Shown: piece by piece, positions 14,612-25,100 of the stretch
How the letters are laid out: each line of letters begins with the position of its first letter
How positions within the stretch are numbered: the first letter of the stretch is position 1
From: Candidatus Izemoplasmatales bacterium
GTDB taxonomy: Bacteria > Bacillota_I > Bacilli_A > Izemoplasmatales > Hujiaoplasmataceae
Assembly: GCA_050949045.1 (NCBI GenBank)
Contig: JBMNEZ010000001.1
Span: 108,716 to 172,715, forward strand
Length of the DNA: 64,000 nucleotides
Reading direction: 5' to 3'
Notes under the pieces: model-generated
Told to the model about the DNA's origin: nothing
The model's database searches: none
Seen by the model: the letters and a program-made list of their open reading frames with translations, nothing else
Made by a program: the position numbers and the translations under genes

Positions 14612-15852
14612 AACGATTTGAAGAAGCGAAAATCATCTACTCCCAATACGGAATCGATGTCGGCAAGGCAATCGAGACGGTCAGGAACATTCCCATTTCC
14701 ATCCATTGCTGGCAAGGCGATGATGTCTCAGGCTTCGAGCACGGCTCGGTTTTGAGCGGTGGAATCCAAACAACTGGAAATTATCCCGGGAAGGCAAGAG
14801 ATTTCGAAGAGTTGAAAATGGATTTCTTGGAAGCGATCAAGCATATTCCAGGAACCAAAAGAATCAATCTTCATGCCATGTACGCCGTTGCCGGCGGAAT
14901 GGCAGACAGAAGCAAGTTGAAACCCAAGCATTTCGAGCCGTGGCTTGATTATGCCTTGAAAAACAACTTAAAGATCGATTTCAATCCGACTTTCTTTGCC
15001 CATCCGATGGTAAAAGACAATCTGACTTTGTCGTCTCCAGACGACTCCGTCCGTTCTTATTGGATTGAACACGGCAAGGCTTGTCGGGAAATCGCGGCAT
15101 ACATCGGCGAAAAGCAAGGCTCGCCATGCCTGTGCAACATCTGGATTCCGGATGGCATGAAAGACATTCCGGCAGATCGCATCGGTCCAAGGCAGAGGCT
15201 CAAGAACTCGCTCGATCAGATTCTTGATCAAACCTATCCGGAAGAATATATCATTGATGCAATCGAAAGCAAGGTGTTCGGCATCGGGCTTGAAAGCTAT
15301 ACGGTCGGTTCGTCCGAGTTCTATATGAACTACGCAAAAGAAAAAGGAATTTGTTGTTTGCTTGACAATGGCCATTACCACCCAACTGAAAATGTCGCGG
15401 ACAAAATATCCTCGATGCTTCTATTTAACAAGCATGTGGCTTTTCACATCACCCGACCGGTACGATGGGACAGCGATCACGTCGTGCGTCTTGATGATGT
15501 CATAAAAGAAATCGCGCAAGAGATCATCGCTTCGGGAGAAACAGAGCGTTTTTTGATCGGGCTTGACTTCTTTGACGCGTCGATCAACCGCATCGTCGCT
15601 TGGGTAATTGGCTCAAGGAACTTTCAAAAAGCCTTGTTGGAAGCAGCCTTGACGCCTCATAGGGAACTAAAACAACTACAAGACAGCGGTGATTTCACCA
15701 AACTTTTGGCATTGCAGGAGGAACTGAAGACTTTGCCTTTCTACGATATCTGGAATAAATACTGCATAGAAGAACAAGTAGCTCCGGATATGAAATGGTA
15801 CGAAGAAGTGAAAGCATACGAAAAGAAAGTTCTGCTTCCGAGAGGTTCGTAA
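14608..15852 (+). CDS. rhaA: L-rhamnose isomerase
   Basis: The hallmark N-terminal block PISIHCWQGDDVSGFE matches E. coli RhaA (PVSMHCWQGDDVSGFE, from memory). Length is 414 aa. Confidence 0.9.
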   Translation: MKRFEEAKIIYSQYGIDVGKAIETVRNIPISIHCWQGDDVSGFEHGSVLSGGIQTTGNYPGKARDFEELKMDFLEAIKHIPGTKRINLHAMYAVAGGMADRSKLKPKHFEPWLDYALKNNLKIDFNPTFFAHPMVKDNLTLSSPDDSVRSYWIEHGKACREIAAYIGEKQGSPCLCNIWIPDGMKDIPADRIGPRQRLKNSLDQILDQTYPEEYIIDAIESKVFGIGLESYTVGSSEFYMNYAKEKGICCLLDNGHYHPTENVADKISSMLLFNKHVAFHITRPVRWDSDHVVRLDDVIKEIAQEIIASGETERFLIGLDFFDASINRIVAWVIGSRNFQKALLEAALTPHRELKQLQDSGDFTKLLALQEELKTLPFYDIWNKYCIEEQVAPDMKWYEEVKAYEKKVLLPRGS

Positions 15853-15875
15853 GCAACCATCCATAGTACTATATT

Positions 15876-15916
15876 GCCCCGCAGAAGGTCTCAAGAATTT
15901 TTGCAGGGCTTTTTTA
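15876..15916 (+). terminator. rhaBA terminator
   Basis: GCCCCGCA, loop, TGCAGGGC (one mismatch), followed by TTTTTTATTT. Confidence 0.6.
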
Positions 15917-15954
15917 TTTAAAAAAGCAATTACCATGTAATTTATTACCAATTG

Positions 15955-15990
15955 AACAAAAAAGGAGAGTCAACCATGTAACTCTCCCTT
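15955..15990 (-). terminator. Terminator of module B (downstream of GH3 B')
   Basis: On the minus strand: AAGGGAGAGT, loop tacatggttg, ACTCTCCTT, then TTTTGTT. Confidence 0.7.
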
Positions 15991-16015
15991 AAAAATTCGA
16001 TTGAAGCCGATGTGA

Positions 16016-19000
16016 TTATGATTTAACCTTGAAAATGTTTTTTCTCTTATCGAGATCGCTCAATACGTACATGGCGGCGCTAATTACAGTAAGAACAATG
16101 AATACAACTGTCAGCGCAGTTATTATGACTTTCCACCACACGGCAACAGGCTGTAGGCGTGTAAGGTTTGAATAACCATCCATGGAGGCACTGTAATTTG
16201 CCACAACGAAGAGCAACCGGTGCATGGATTCTCTGAGATTGATATTGAATGAGGGGCTGTTTCTCAAGTCGCTGGTGAAGCCGCTCAAAGTGCCTTTATC
16301 TAAGAAACAATCCGTTCCGTTCATGAAGCCGTCGTCATACACCATGAACAGCTTCCCGTTGGAACCGGCCATATCGGTAAGGGTGTACCCGTCGAAAGCC
16401 CACTCATCTCGAAGAATGTTCATCATAAGATTGTCGTTTGCACTTGTCCATAAACAGCCGGCACGATTAAATGATGTCATAATCGCATGAGAATTACCCA
16501 TATCTGGACGAAGCGCATATTCCCAGGGCAACAGATATATTTCCCTTGCGGCCTGCTCATTCATCCAAATGCAGATGCCATTGCGATTTGTCTCCTCGTC
16601 ATTAAAGATGAAATGCTTTGGATGGGCGACAACGCCTTGTCGCTGCATTGCCAGAATTTCGTATACGGCGGCGATGCCGCTCAAGAATGGATCTTCGGAA
16701 TAATATTCTGAAGCTCTCCCTCCGAATGCAACCCGATGCATATTCAATCCGGGAGCGTAAAGTCCGTGAAGATGTTTTTGCGATGGGTCGTGACCGCTTC
16801 GGCCATCTGCCGCAATCGCTTCGCCGACCTTATCGTAAATCTCCAAACTGAATGTTGATGCGATAATTCCTTCACAACTCATTGAAGAATATCCTTCAGC
16901 TGTGTTGCTGATGCCGTAAGGGCCGTCATCTTCATCGGTCATCGGTTTTGCCACGCTTGCAAGAGCAGGTGTAAAACCGTAACAGTTCGTCAGAGTAATA
17001 AACATGTCTTCCTGTGATATCTTATTTAAGAGCAGATCCCATTTAGGATCCGTATACGGCAATCCCGCCATCATCGCAAGGGTCAAGTTGGAACTCAAGT
17101 CATTGAAAGTAGGCATGACAGCGTTATTGTATTCAACGATGGTCTTGTGGCTTGTGATATCGTATTTTTCTTCCACCATGTTGGTCAAAGAAAGGGTCGT
17201 CACCCCCGAGGGCAGCGTGCCCAACCAATTATTGCGTGATACATAGACAACGTCACCGTTTTCGGCGGCCTCATTAGTAACACCGGAGAAGCGGTTGGGA
17301 TCCATATAATCAAGTTGATTGGTAATCTTTGTTTCAACCGCAGTATCGCTGAGCGTATTGGGGGTTGATGCCGATTTTGCCGTGGACTTGGAAAACACCT
17401 CGGAGTCAACGTTTGCTTGAGAAAGCACCAGTTTTACCAAATTGTCATCTCCGTCGGCGTCCATATTGCTGTTTGCTTTAGTATAACCTTTTGCGGCCAA
17501 AATATTATTGACGGCATCGTGCGAGTCCTTCGCTACGGTGAGATAATAATCTCCTTCATTAAGAATGTATGTTTGTGCATTCTGTGAATCATACATTCTG
17601 AACTGCTCGAAGGCTACCCTCATCCGCTCCATATTCATTTTATCGGTTACTGTTGCGCTAAGAGTCTCACTCGCTCCGGGTTGAAGCAGGCTTGTTTTTC
17701 CAAAACCGACAAGTTCAACAGAAGGGACCTCAATCCCAAACATGCGTGCATAATCGGAATATGGTTTTTGCAGGTATATTTGCACCACTTCTTTGCCGGC
17801 TTTGGCGCCGGTGTTTGTCACGGTGACGCTCACATTGAAGGCAGTGGTTTTATTGTTTTCATCCTTCTCCTCTGTGACAGTCAAGTCGCTGAATGCAAAA
17901 TCGGTATACGACAAGCCATACCCAAAGGGATAAGCAACATCTTGATAATAATCGTATTCGCCCACGCCGGCAGTCACCATGACATAGTCTTCATAGCGAG
18001 TCTCATAGTAACGGTAGCCTACATAGACGCCTTCTACATAAACGCCGTAGTACATTTGCGAACTATTTAGCTGTAACGCCTCTGAATTTGCGTATTCTGA
18101 GGAAAAACCGTCGTTTTCTCGCCAATACATCGCTGCGGGAGAAGAAAAAGTATCCATTAAATAAGTGTCCGAAAGTTTGCCAGAAGGATTTATTTCTCCA
18201 ATCAGCGCTTTTGCGACAGCATTCATACCGGTTGCTCCGGGAAGGCCTATCCATATCGCTGCGTCAATGTCATAGTTGTCGTCAAATAGAAAATCACATT
18301 GAACGGTAACCGCTGAATTAATCAAAACGATGATTTTGTCGATCTCGCCTTTACTCTTTTTTTCAGCCAGTTGCTCTAAAATGCCAAGTTCGTTAGAAGT
18401 AAGCGTTAAATAACTACCGTCAATGCCGTCACTATCTTTCCAGGAAATGTCAACACCTTCCCCGCTTTCACGGGTGATAACGGCTATGACCGTTCCGCCA
18501 TGACTGGTATATTCATCGCTTATTCCTGCCAACTTGTATGTATTCCAAGAAGGTTCATCGGTTTTGAAAACGCCACCTTTGATACCGCGTTTGGTCTGAC
18601 CTTCACCGGTTGCCAAAAAGTTAAATATTTTGTCATTTACATTAAGATTGGTTTCTTCTTTAAGAGCTGTGTAAAGGTCAATAAGTTCACCTTGACGGCG
18701 AACCCCCGGGCCGTGTGTGGCATAGAAAATCTTACCGGCGCCGCTGATGGCAAAGGAAACATTTGAAGTTGGGTCGAGAGGCAGAGCGTTATTGTCGTTC
18801 TTTAATAGGACCAATCCCTCTGCTTGCACCTCTTCGTTAACGGCACGATAATACTCTTCGATATCCTCGGCGGTTTTAAAGAGCGGCCAACTGATGAATT
18901 TTTCAACTTCTCCCGCCTTAGGCTTTTCTTTGACTTCGATATAGTCTACCGTTCCCAAAAAAGAACTTATTTCGTTGTTAAACGGGACGATTGCGGCATT

Positions 19001-19090
19001 GACAACAAGCATCACCATCACAAGTGAGGCAAATGTGACAAATAATGTTTCCCATAGTTTCTTAATCAACAATTTTTTAAATGTTTTCAT
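16016..19090 (-). CDS. Doubly membrane-anchored permuted GH3 glycosidase B'
   Basis: I moved the start to MKTFKKLLIKKLWETLFVTFASLVMVMLVV. That ATG is 1 nt after the stop of the upstream 178-aa ORF. Motif order: LLKNDNNALPL, NPSGKLS, then [12 protein letters not shown] and GKEVVQIY, then HRVAFGGRASEYYSEDP, KHFIFNDEETNRN, WAFDGYTLTDMAG. C-terminal VWWKVIITALTVVFIVLTVISAAMYVL + DKRK. Confidence 0.85.
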   Translation of the reverse strand: MKTFKKLLIKKLWETLFVTFASLVMVMLVVNAAIVPFNNEISSFLGTVDYIEVKEKPKAGEVEKFISWPLFKTAEDIEEYYRAVNEEVQAEGLVLLKNDNNALPLDPTSNVSFAISGAGKIFYATHGPGVRRQGELIDLYTALKEETNLNVNDKIFNFLATGEGQTKRGIKGGVFKTDEPSWNTYKLAGISDEYTSHGGTVIAVITRESGEGVDISWKDSDGIDGSYLTLTSNELGILEQLAEKKSKGEIDKIIVLINSAVTVQCDFLFDDNYDIDAAIWIGLPGATGMNAVAKALIGEINPSGKLSDTYLMDTFSSPAAMYWRENDGFSSEYANSEALQLNSSQMYYGVYVEGVYVGYRYYETRYEDYVMVTAGVGEYDYYQDVAYPFGYGLSYTDFAFSDLTVTEEKDENNKTTAFNVSVTVTNTGAKAGKEVVQIYLQKPYSDYARMFGIEVPSVELVGFGKTSLLQPGASETLSATVTDKMNMERMRVAFEQFRMYDSQNAQTYILNEGDYYLTVAKDSHDAVNNILAAKGYTKANSNMDADGDDNLVKLVLSQANVDSEVFSKSTAKSASTPNTLSDTAVETKITNQLDYMDPNRFSGVTNEAAENGDVVYVSRNNWLGTLPSGVTTLSLTNMVEEKYDITSHKTIVEYNNAVMPTFNDLSSNLTLAMMAGLPYTDPKWDLLLNKISQEDMFITLTNCYGFTPALASVAKPMTDEDDGPYGISNTAEGYSSMSCEGIIASTFSLEIYDKVGEAIAADGRSGHDPSQKHLHGLYAPGLNMHRVAFGGRASEYYSEDPFLSGIAAVYEILAMQRQGVVAHPKHFIFNDEETNRNGICIWMNEQAAREIYLLPWEYALRPDMGNSHAIMTSFNRAGCLWTSANDNLMMNILRDEWAFDGYTLTDMAGSNGKLFMVYDDGFMNGTDCFLDKGTLSGFTSDLRNSPSFNINLRESMHRLLFVVANYSASMDGYSNLTRLQPVAVWWKVIITALTVVFIVLTVISAAMYVLSDLDKRKNIFKVKS

Positions 19091-19091
19091 A

Positions 19092-19628
19092 TTAATCTCC
19101 CATTGCCCCGGCATCTGTTTGCTGATGGTTTTTCGCTTTATCAGTTTTGTAATAGCTGGATTTCTGAATCAAAGCAACAATCAATGTGACTATTATCGCC
19201 ACAAAGGTGCCTATCAGTTTGAAAAAATAACTGCTTGAAAGAACAGGATCCACAGGATCGCCCACAGTGCCCGATACGATTGGATAAAGAATTGTGCCTA
19301 TAAGCGAATATTCGGCGAGTATGCTCATAAAGAAACTGTATATCAGCGCGACAAAGGCGAAATACATGAGAAAACGTTTATAACTCAAGATATCTAAAAT
19401 CATGGGGTTATTAACAAGAAAACTCTCGCCAACGCTTGCGCCGATGGCAATCATAATAAATATGACTGCCAAGATGTCCGCCGCCACGACCTCGCGAGAA
19501 ACGTTTCCGCCGTTAAATTCCGAAGCGCAGTTCAGTGCATACAAGAATAGTGCAACAACCGCAAGCACCAGCGCCAGAACGGATAGATAAAAACTCGTTT
19601 GTTTATAGAACATTTTGATTTTATTCAT
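19092..19628 (-). CDS. Small 4-TM membrane protein of unknown function (module B only)
   Basis: AGGGAGAG ribosome-binding site. Four hydrophobic helices. Stop and start are almost contiguous with GH3 B'. I recognise no family. Confidence 0.55.
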   Translation of the reverse strand: MNKIKMFYKQTSFYLSVLALVLAVVALFLYALNCASEFNGGNVSREVVAADILAVIFIMIAIGASVGESFLVNNPMILDILSYKRFLMYFAFVALIYSFFMSILAEYSLIGTILYPIVSGTVGDPVDPVLSSSYFFKLIGTFVAIIVTLIVALIQKSSYYKTDKAKNHQQTDAGAMGD

Positions 19629-19684
19629 AGTTCTCTCCCTTACATAAGCTTTTTACATTAAGAGACTGTAAAGCAAATAACGGT

Positions 19685-21802
19685 TTATCCTCTCTTTACT
19701 CCGTCTTTTAGATAATATTCATAATCAAACATCGTCAACTCGACTGACGAGTAAAGATATATGCAGTCTATGATCGGCGCTTCAGAATGGAAGGTTCCGC
19801 CGTGATTTTTGTTATTGCTGACGAGTAACGTAATTAAGTTGGTGCCTTTCTTGAGCGTCAAGCCTTCAATAATAAAGATGTCTTCAAAGGGCGTTTTGTC
19901 CGTTGACAAGTCGCCAGACTCTACCAAGTTCGCCATCGGCAAGTACATTCCGCCGTATGCCAACCACGTTTTCGGCTCCGCGCCTTCCCACTCGCCGTTA
20001 ACGACTATTTTGAAATCGGTATCTGAAATAAAGTTGTAAAGAGGTCCGCCTTCTTCTTTGGACTTGGCCCCAAAGAACTGGTACGATTCGCTGGAAGCGC
20101 GGATATAAAGCACGGCATCGGTCTCTTCTTCTTCAGCTTCGATCACAAAATCAAGAGAGGCGCCGTAATAATAAAGTTCTCTGACAAAATACCCGTTGCT
20201 GACATTGCCGCCACGGACAAAGGTATGATCCATTATCAATCCCTCTTCGAAGGAGTTGGTCGATGTTCCTTGACCTAGCTTGTCATGAAAATTCACTGCT
20301 TCCGCTTCAAAAGTATACTTTTTGAGCATTTTGCCATATACATTCGTATCTGCGATTAGATTCATGCTCGTACTGAACTTCGTTGTGAAGGCTTTGTCCC
20401 TGTACCAACCTGCAAAGACATAATTAGCTATGACTGGATCTTGAGGGGAGTTGTTCCCTACTGTTCCGTTATATTCCACTTCGACTAAGGCGTGTGAGAC
20501 GTCGCCGGCGCCGATATCATAGTAGTAATTCACTTTGATATCTTCATATTGCACCGCATCTTCAATCCATTTTGCGTAGAGCGTCAGATCACTGACTACG
20601 GGTGTATCCGCTAGAGTAAACTGATTGAGGCATCCGGGCTCGGTAAACCAACCGCCGAATGAATAGCCATCCCGTGCCAGCACTGAGAAATTTTGAATAT
20701 ACTTTTTATACTTGATAGTTTGTTTCGCGGGCTGTTCGGGCGGATTTTCAAAGTTGTAATCAAATTTGATCTCATATTCGCTTAATGTCCAACCGGCATA
20801 AACAGTCAGATCATCGTTGATGCTCGAAAGGTCAGCGAGATGCTCTTGAGGAAGAGGGTCTTCCGAATTGGGATTGGTTTTGATCATGTACCAACCGGCA
20901 AAATCGTGCCCCACGTAGGTCAAGGCGTCTTCTATTGTCTCTGCCTCTGTTTCAATCGAGGTGTTTTTGGCGACCAAATAGCTCAAGTTCAAGCTATCGT
21001 CAAGAACGCCGCCGTTTAGATTGAATGACACATTGTAGGCATTGCGGCTCCAACGCGCATAAATGGTAACATTTGAATCGAGCGGCGTTTCAAAATCAAA
21101 AGGTTCACCGCCGGTCGGCTTGGTATACCAACCGACAAATTCATATTGATCCCTTGTAGGTGCATCTACACTGATTGCTTCGCCCAGTTTTACCGCTTTG
21201 ACGACGGGTGCGGGCGAACCGATATAGTTATAATCTATTGTCAAATATGCTTTTTGTTTTGACCATCCAGCATAAAGAGTAATGTCACTGGATACTGCCG
21301 AATCAAAATCATAGACCTGTGTACATTCTTTGTCTGTATACCAGTTAACAAAAGCATAAGTCTCATCTTCATCGTAAATGGGATTCTCGGGTAAGGCAAA
21401 CACTGAATCTTTTTCGATTGCATATATTTCATCCATCGTCCGGTAATTAAGGAATTTCAAAGTGACGAGGCTTACCGCGTCATTTCTTTGCCATTTCGCA
21501 TAAACGGTAATATTGTCATTCAATGGCTGCAAATGATCATATGCCACCGTTGCATCTTCTTTTTCGCTTAACATCCATCCTACAAAGTCAAAACCTGTAC
21601 GTGAAGGATTGGCGGGAAGAGTGATAGACTGTCCTGCTTCAACGGTGATTTTTGCATAAATTCCCTGATAATTGTCATGAAAAAAGACAGTATGCACTTT
21701 AAGTCTTTCATCTTCGACGGGACGACCACATGCACCGAGGGCACTTATACATAATATCAAGAGAGATATAAACGGGATAAAGAAATATAGTTTCTTATTC
21801 AT
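19685..21802 (-). CDS. Surface lipoprotein B: six Listeria-Bacteroides (InlB B-type) repeats plus C-terminal CBM6/35-like domain
   Basis: I moved the start to MNKKLYFFIPFISLLILCISALGAC (AAGGAG 7 nt upstream). Six (F/Y).F.GW(Y/F)......(V/I/L)T(V/I/L)YA.W repeats. C-terminal YTFEAEAVNF...VVNGE...LKKGTNLITL...IDCIYLY. Confidence 0.8.
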   Translation of the reverse strand: MNKKLYFFIPFISLLILCISALGACGRPVEDERLKVHTVFFHDNYQGIYAKITVEAGQSITLPANPSRTGFDFVGWMLSEKEDATVAYDHLQPLNDNITVYAKWQRNDAVSLVTLKFLNYRTMDEIYAIEKDSVFALPENPIYDEDETYAFVNWYTDKECTQVYDFDSAVSSDITLYAGWSKQKAYLTIDYNYIGSPAPVVKAVKLGEAISVDAPTRDQYEFVGWYTKPTGGEPFDFETPLDSNVTIYARWSRNAYNVSFNLNGGVLDDSLNLSYLVAKNTSIETEAETIEDALTYVGHDFAGWYMIKTNPNSEDPLPQEHLADLSSINDDLTVYAGWTLSEYEIKFDYNFENPPEQPAKQTIKYKKYIQNFSVLARDGYSFGGWFTEPGCLNQFTLADTPVVSDLTLYAKWIEDAVQYEDIKVNYYYDIGAGDVSHALVEVEYNGTVGNNSPQDPVIANYVFAGWYRDKAFTTKFSTSMNLIADTNVYGKMLKKYTFEAEAVNFHDKLGQGTSTNSFEEGLIMDHTFVRGGNVSNGYFVRELYYYGASLDFVIEAEEEETDAVLYIRASSESYQFFGAKSKEEGGPLYNFISDTDFKIVVNGEWEGAEPKTWLAYGGMYLPMANLVESGDLSTDKTPFEDIFIIEGLTLKKGTNLITLLVSNNKNHGGTFHSEAPIIDCIYLYSSVELTMFDYEYYLKDGVKRG

Positions 21803-21824
21803 TGCATACTCCTTTATTTGACAA

Positions 21825-22141
21825 TTAACGGATAATGTTGGGATATTCTTTATCACAACGATATTTTACCGCGCATTAAAGAATAATCCCAACATATCCG
21901 CCTGCTTAATTGATTCTTTCTATTGTCTTAAAATCTTTATTGCTTGTTTCTTTTGTTAATCAGACTTCCTGCGTTTTAAGAATAGTACTCCGAGAGACAG
22001 CAATCCGGTAACGAGGATTCCGGTTCCGGTTAGCGAGCTTCCGCATCCGCTTATCGGTTCTGCATCTTTTCCAGCAGGACCGGCAGGACCGGCAGGACCA
22101 GCTGCACCAGCATCGCCCTTGTCGCCCTTGTCACCTTTATC
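21825..22141. repeat. Arm B of the 317-bp inverted repeat (partner 3967-4283)
   Basis: See arm A. Confidence 0.9.
21835..21895 (-). promoter_or_regulatory. Intercistronic stem-loop, identical copy of 4213-4273
   Basis: Same sequence as the module A hairpin, lying inside the inverted repeat. Confidence 0.45.
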
Positions 22142-25100
22142 ACCTTTAGCACCAGGATCACCCTTAGCACCAGGATCTCCCTTAGCACCAGGATCACCCT
22201 TAGCACCAGGATCGCCCTTGGCACCAGGATCGCCCTTAGCACCAGGATCGCCCTTTTCGCCGGCAGGGCCAGCTGGGCCTTCAATGACACCAAGATTAAC
22301 AACAGTGCCGTCTGAGAAGGTTACGAGCAATTCGCCTTCGTCGTTAATTTCCGTGGAAGCGATGCTGCCGTGTCCTACGACGATGGTGTATTCAGCGGAG
22401 CCTTTAATCCATCTATCAAATATTCCTTGTACGGTCACGGTGAAGGTTCCGATTTCGTCTGTGCTTCCAGTGATGATGCCTGTTTTTCTGTTCAATGCCA
22501 AACCTTCAGGCAGCATTCCGGAGGTAATTTGATAATCAAATATCGTTGCTTTATCTTTGGCGCCCGCAAAGCCAACATCAAGACTGACTGTTTCTTTCGC
22601 ATCGACGATGAATTTGCCGGGAGTCCATTGAGATACGATGATACCGTTTTGAGAATGACCTGCATTTGCATATTCGCTATACATGATCATGGCGCTGTAG
22701 CGAACAATGTACCATTGGTTATTGGAATAGTAAATGTCCTGCGTAGTATCCTGAGTTAGCGCTTCAGCTTCTGCAGGAACGAATTCACCGGCTGCGTGAG
22801 CCGCAATAAACCTATAATAACTTACACTGGTTTCTCCTGTAATCTTAACAAGATCGTTGATATTATAGGCTTTGGTAACGTCGAATTCTTCAAATCTGGA
22901 TGCATCCTCACCACCAAGTGTTTTTCTTCCAATATAGACGCCGCCAAGCGAGCCGGTAAGCTCATTGACATATTCCGGATCCCAACGGCCTGAATAGGTG
23001 TTGTTTGCCGGGGTGCCCAGGTTGGTCGTGTTGTTTCCGCCAGGAGCGTGGTTGTGGCCAGTGCGAAGCATCAGGTCTTCAGAAGCGACATTGGCTTGTG
23101 GCGAGTACATATCGGGATGGAAGAAGAAGTTTGGACGGCCCCATTCCTCGCGTACAAGGATGTTGCACATATTGAAGCTCACCGGGGTAGGAACTGAACC
23201 GATACGGCCAAACGCCGACATCGCACCTTCGCTATTGCCTTCTTGAATCGCAATTTGCCATGGCTTCAAGTAGATTTCTCGCAGTGCCTGTTCTGAAACC
23301 CAAGCAAAGAGGTCACCCGAGTTACGATTGGTTTCTTGGTCGTTCAAGAGCATGTGTTTCAAGTGGCTTGTTACGCCGCGATCTTGAATGCCCTTGACAA
23401 CTGCCTGAGCCATCCAGCCGGCATGGAAACCATCTTGTGAATAGTACTCGTTGTTACGACCTGAGAAAGGAGTCCGATGGAAGTTGATAGCCGGATTGAG
23501 CCATTGTGTTCTCTTGGTGTTCGTATTCAAGTTCTTTAGCAGGCCCATGTTGGCAGTGACTGCCCCTTGTTTGTAGCCAAGCTCAAGATTCCAGGTTGCT
23601 CCGATTGTCGCATTGCAGCACCAGGTGTATGTACCGTTAAAGTTAGTCGGGGAGTCAGCAATACCGCCAGTGGGAATTCCGAGGTTGGGAACAGGGTTAC
23701 CATTGTTACCGCCACTCCAGCAAGCTGTATAGAAGTCGTTCCATGTCCACTGGTTCATGAACTTAAGCCAGACTTGTCTGCCCGTCATGCCGGCAAACTT
23801 GCCTTTGGCGATCATGCTGTCGTCATTGAAAACAATGCCGTTTAACTCACCAAACAGGATCCAATCATCGCCCGCAGCTTCTTTTGCCAAAGCTTGATAA
23901 TCGGTATTTCCTACTTTGTTGGGAATTTGACTCCATCCCTCCATCATGGCGGCAGTAACGTCATAAAGTCCCGCTTGATTGCCAAGATAGCCGTTTAGAC
24001 CTGCATCGCCTATAAATAATTTATCAGAGTATACATAATCACCGGTGTTGGTCTTCGTCTGTAACTCCGCTTCCATCACATCAGCGATATAAGAGGCATG
24101 AGTTACTTCTTCAACGTTGGCATCTTCGCCTGTTTTGATAAGTCTCATCGAAGCTGAGAAGTTTTGGCAATTTGTTCTGGTGTTGAAGGAAGCGCCCACT
24201 GCAATCGCCGCTGTGACTCTGACATTGTTGGTTGTTTCGCCGCCCCAACGAGTCGATTTGTATGTTACAAAGTCGCCTACTTCATAAGCTTGAGTGGCAA
24301 TTCCGTTTGCGATCGGGCCGTTGTCTTTAAAGACAATCGTAGCGATAGTTTTGATGACTTTGTAAATTCTATTACTGTCTACCAGATAAGAATTTAGTGG
24401 AAAATCGCCGTCCACTGAAATTGGTGGAATAGCCTCGGTGTCCTTTGTGGCTTTATAAACCGCTTTACTATCTTCCACTCCAAACTCATCATTAGTTTTA
24501 TAAGCAGTTGATGTGGAGAAGTAAGCATACTCAGGCTTCCATTGATTCAGATCATAATTGTGATAATAATCCATCAAATCCGCAAATGCCTTCGTGACGA
24601 TCAAGCCACCGTCAAAGACGCCGGACAGTGTATCGACTTCCGCTTCATTAAATGGTCCCGCAGCATGATTTGCTTTAAACTTGTAATAACTTACATTAGA
24701 TGTTCCTGTCACTCCAGGTGTTACTGTGGTTATTTTGACAACATCGCCGATCACATAGGCTTTTGTAATGTCGAATTCCGAAAAGCTGGAAACAGGAACG
24801 CCGTCAACCGTGGTGACGGGAGCTTTTGGGAATGTCTGGACCATGTCAGATCTGGAAAGCAACTCTTGTTCTTTACTGAACAACTTGTCGTCATCATCAA
24901 TTACGCCGTCGCCGTTCCAATCCACATCATTATTGCGGAGAGAATTGCTTCTGCCGTTTTCTTTCGAGAAAAGGTTCACAATTTCATTGTCGGAAAAGTC
25001 GTCAAGTGCAAGTTTCGCATCGCCGTTGATTGTCAAAGTAATTTTTGCCGTAGCATTTGTGCAATGCGAGGTGTTGGAGGCAAACAGATTGTATACTCCG

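Noticed and set aside
22119-22532. 137-aa plus-strand [24 protein letters not shown]..., and the similar 3798-3989 minus-strand ORF.
   Set aside because: These are antisense shadows of the collagen-like G-X-Y repeats. They have no ribosome-binding site, their low-complexity sequence is dictated by the sense strand, and they lie entirely inside well-supported GH3 genes.
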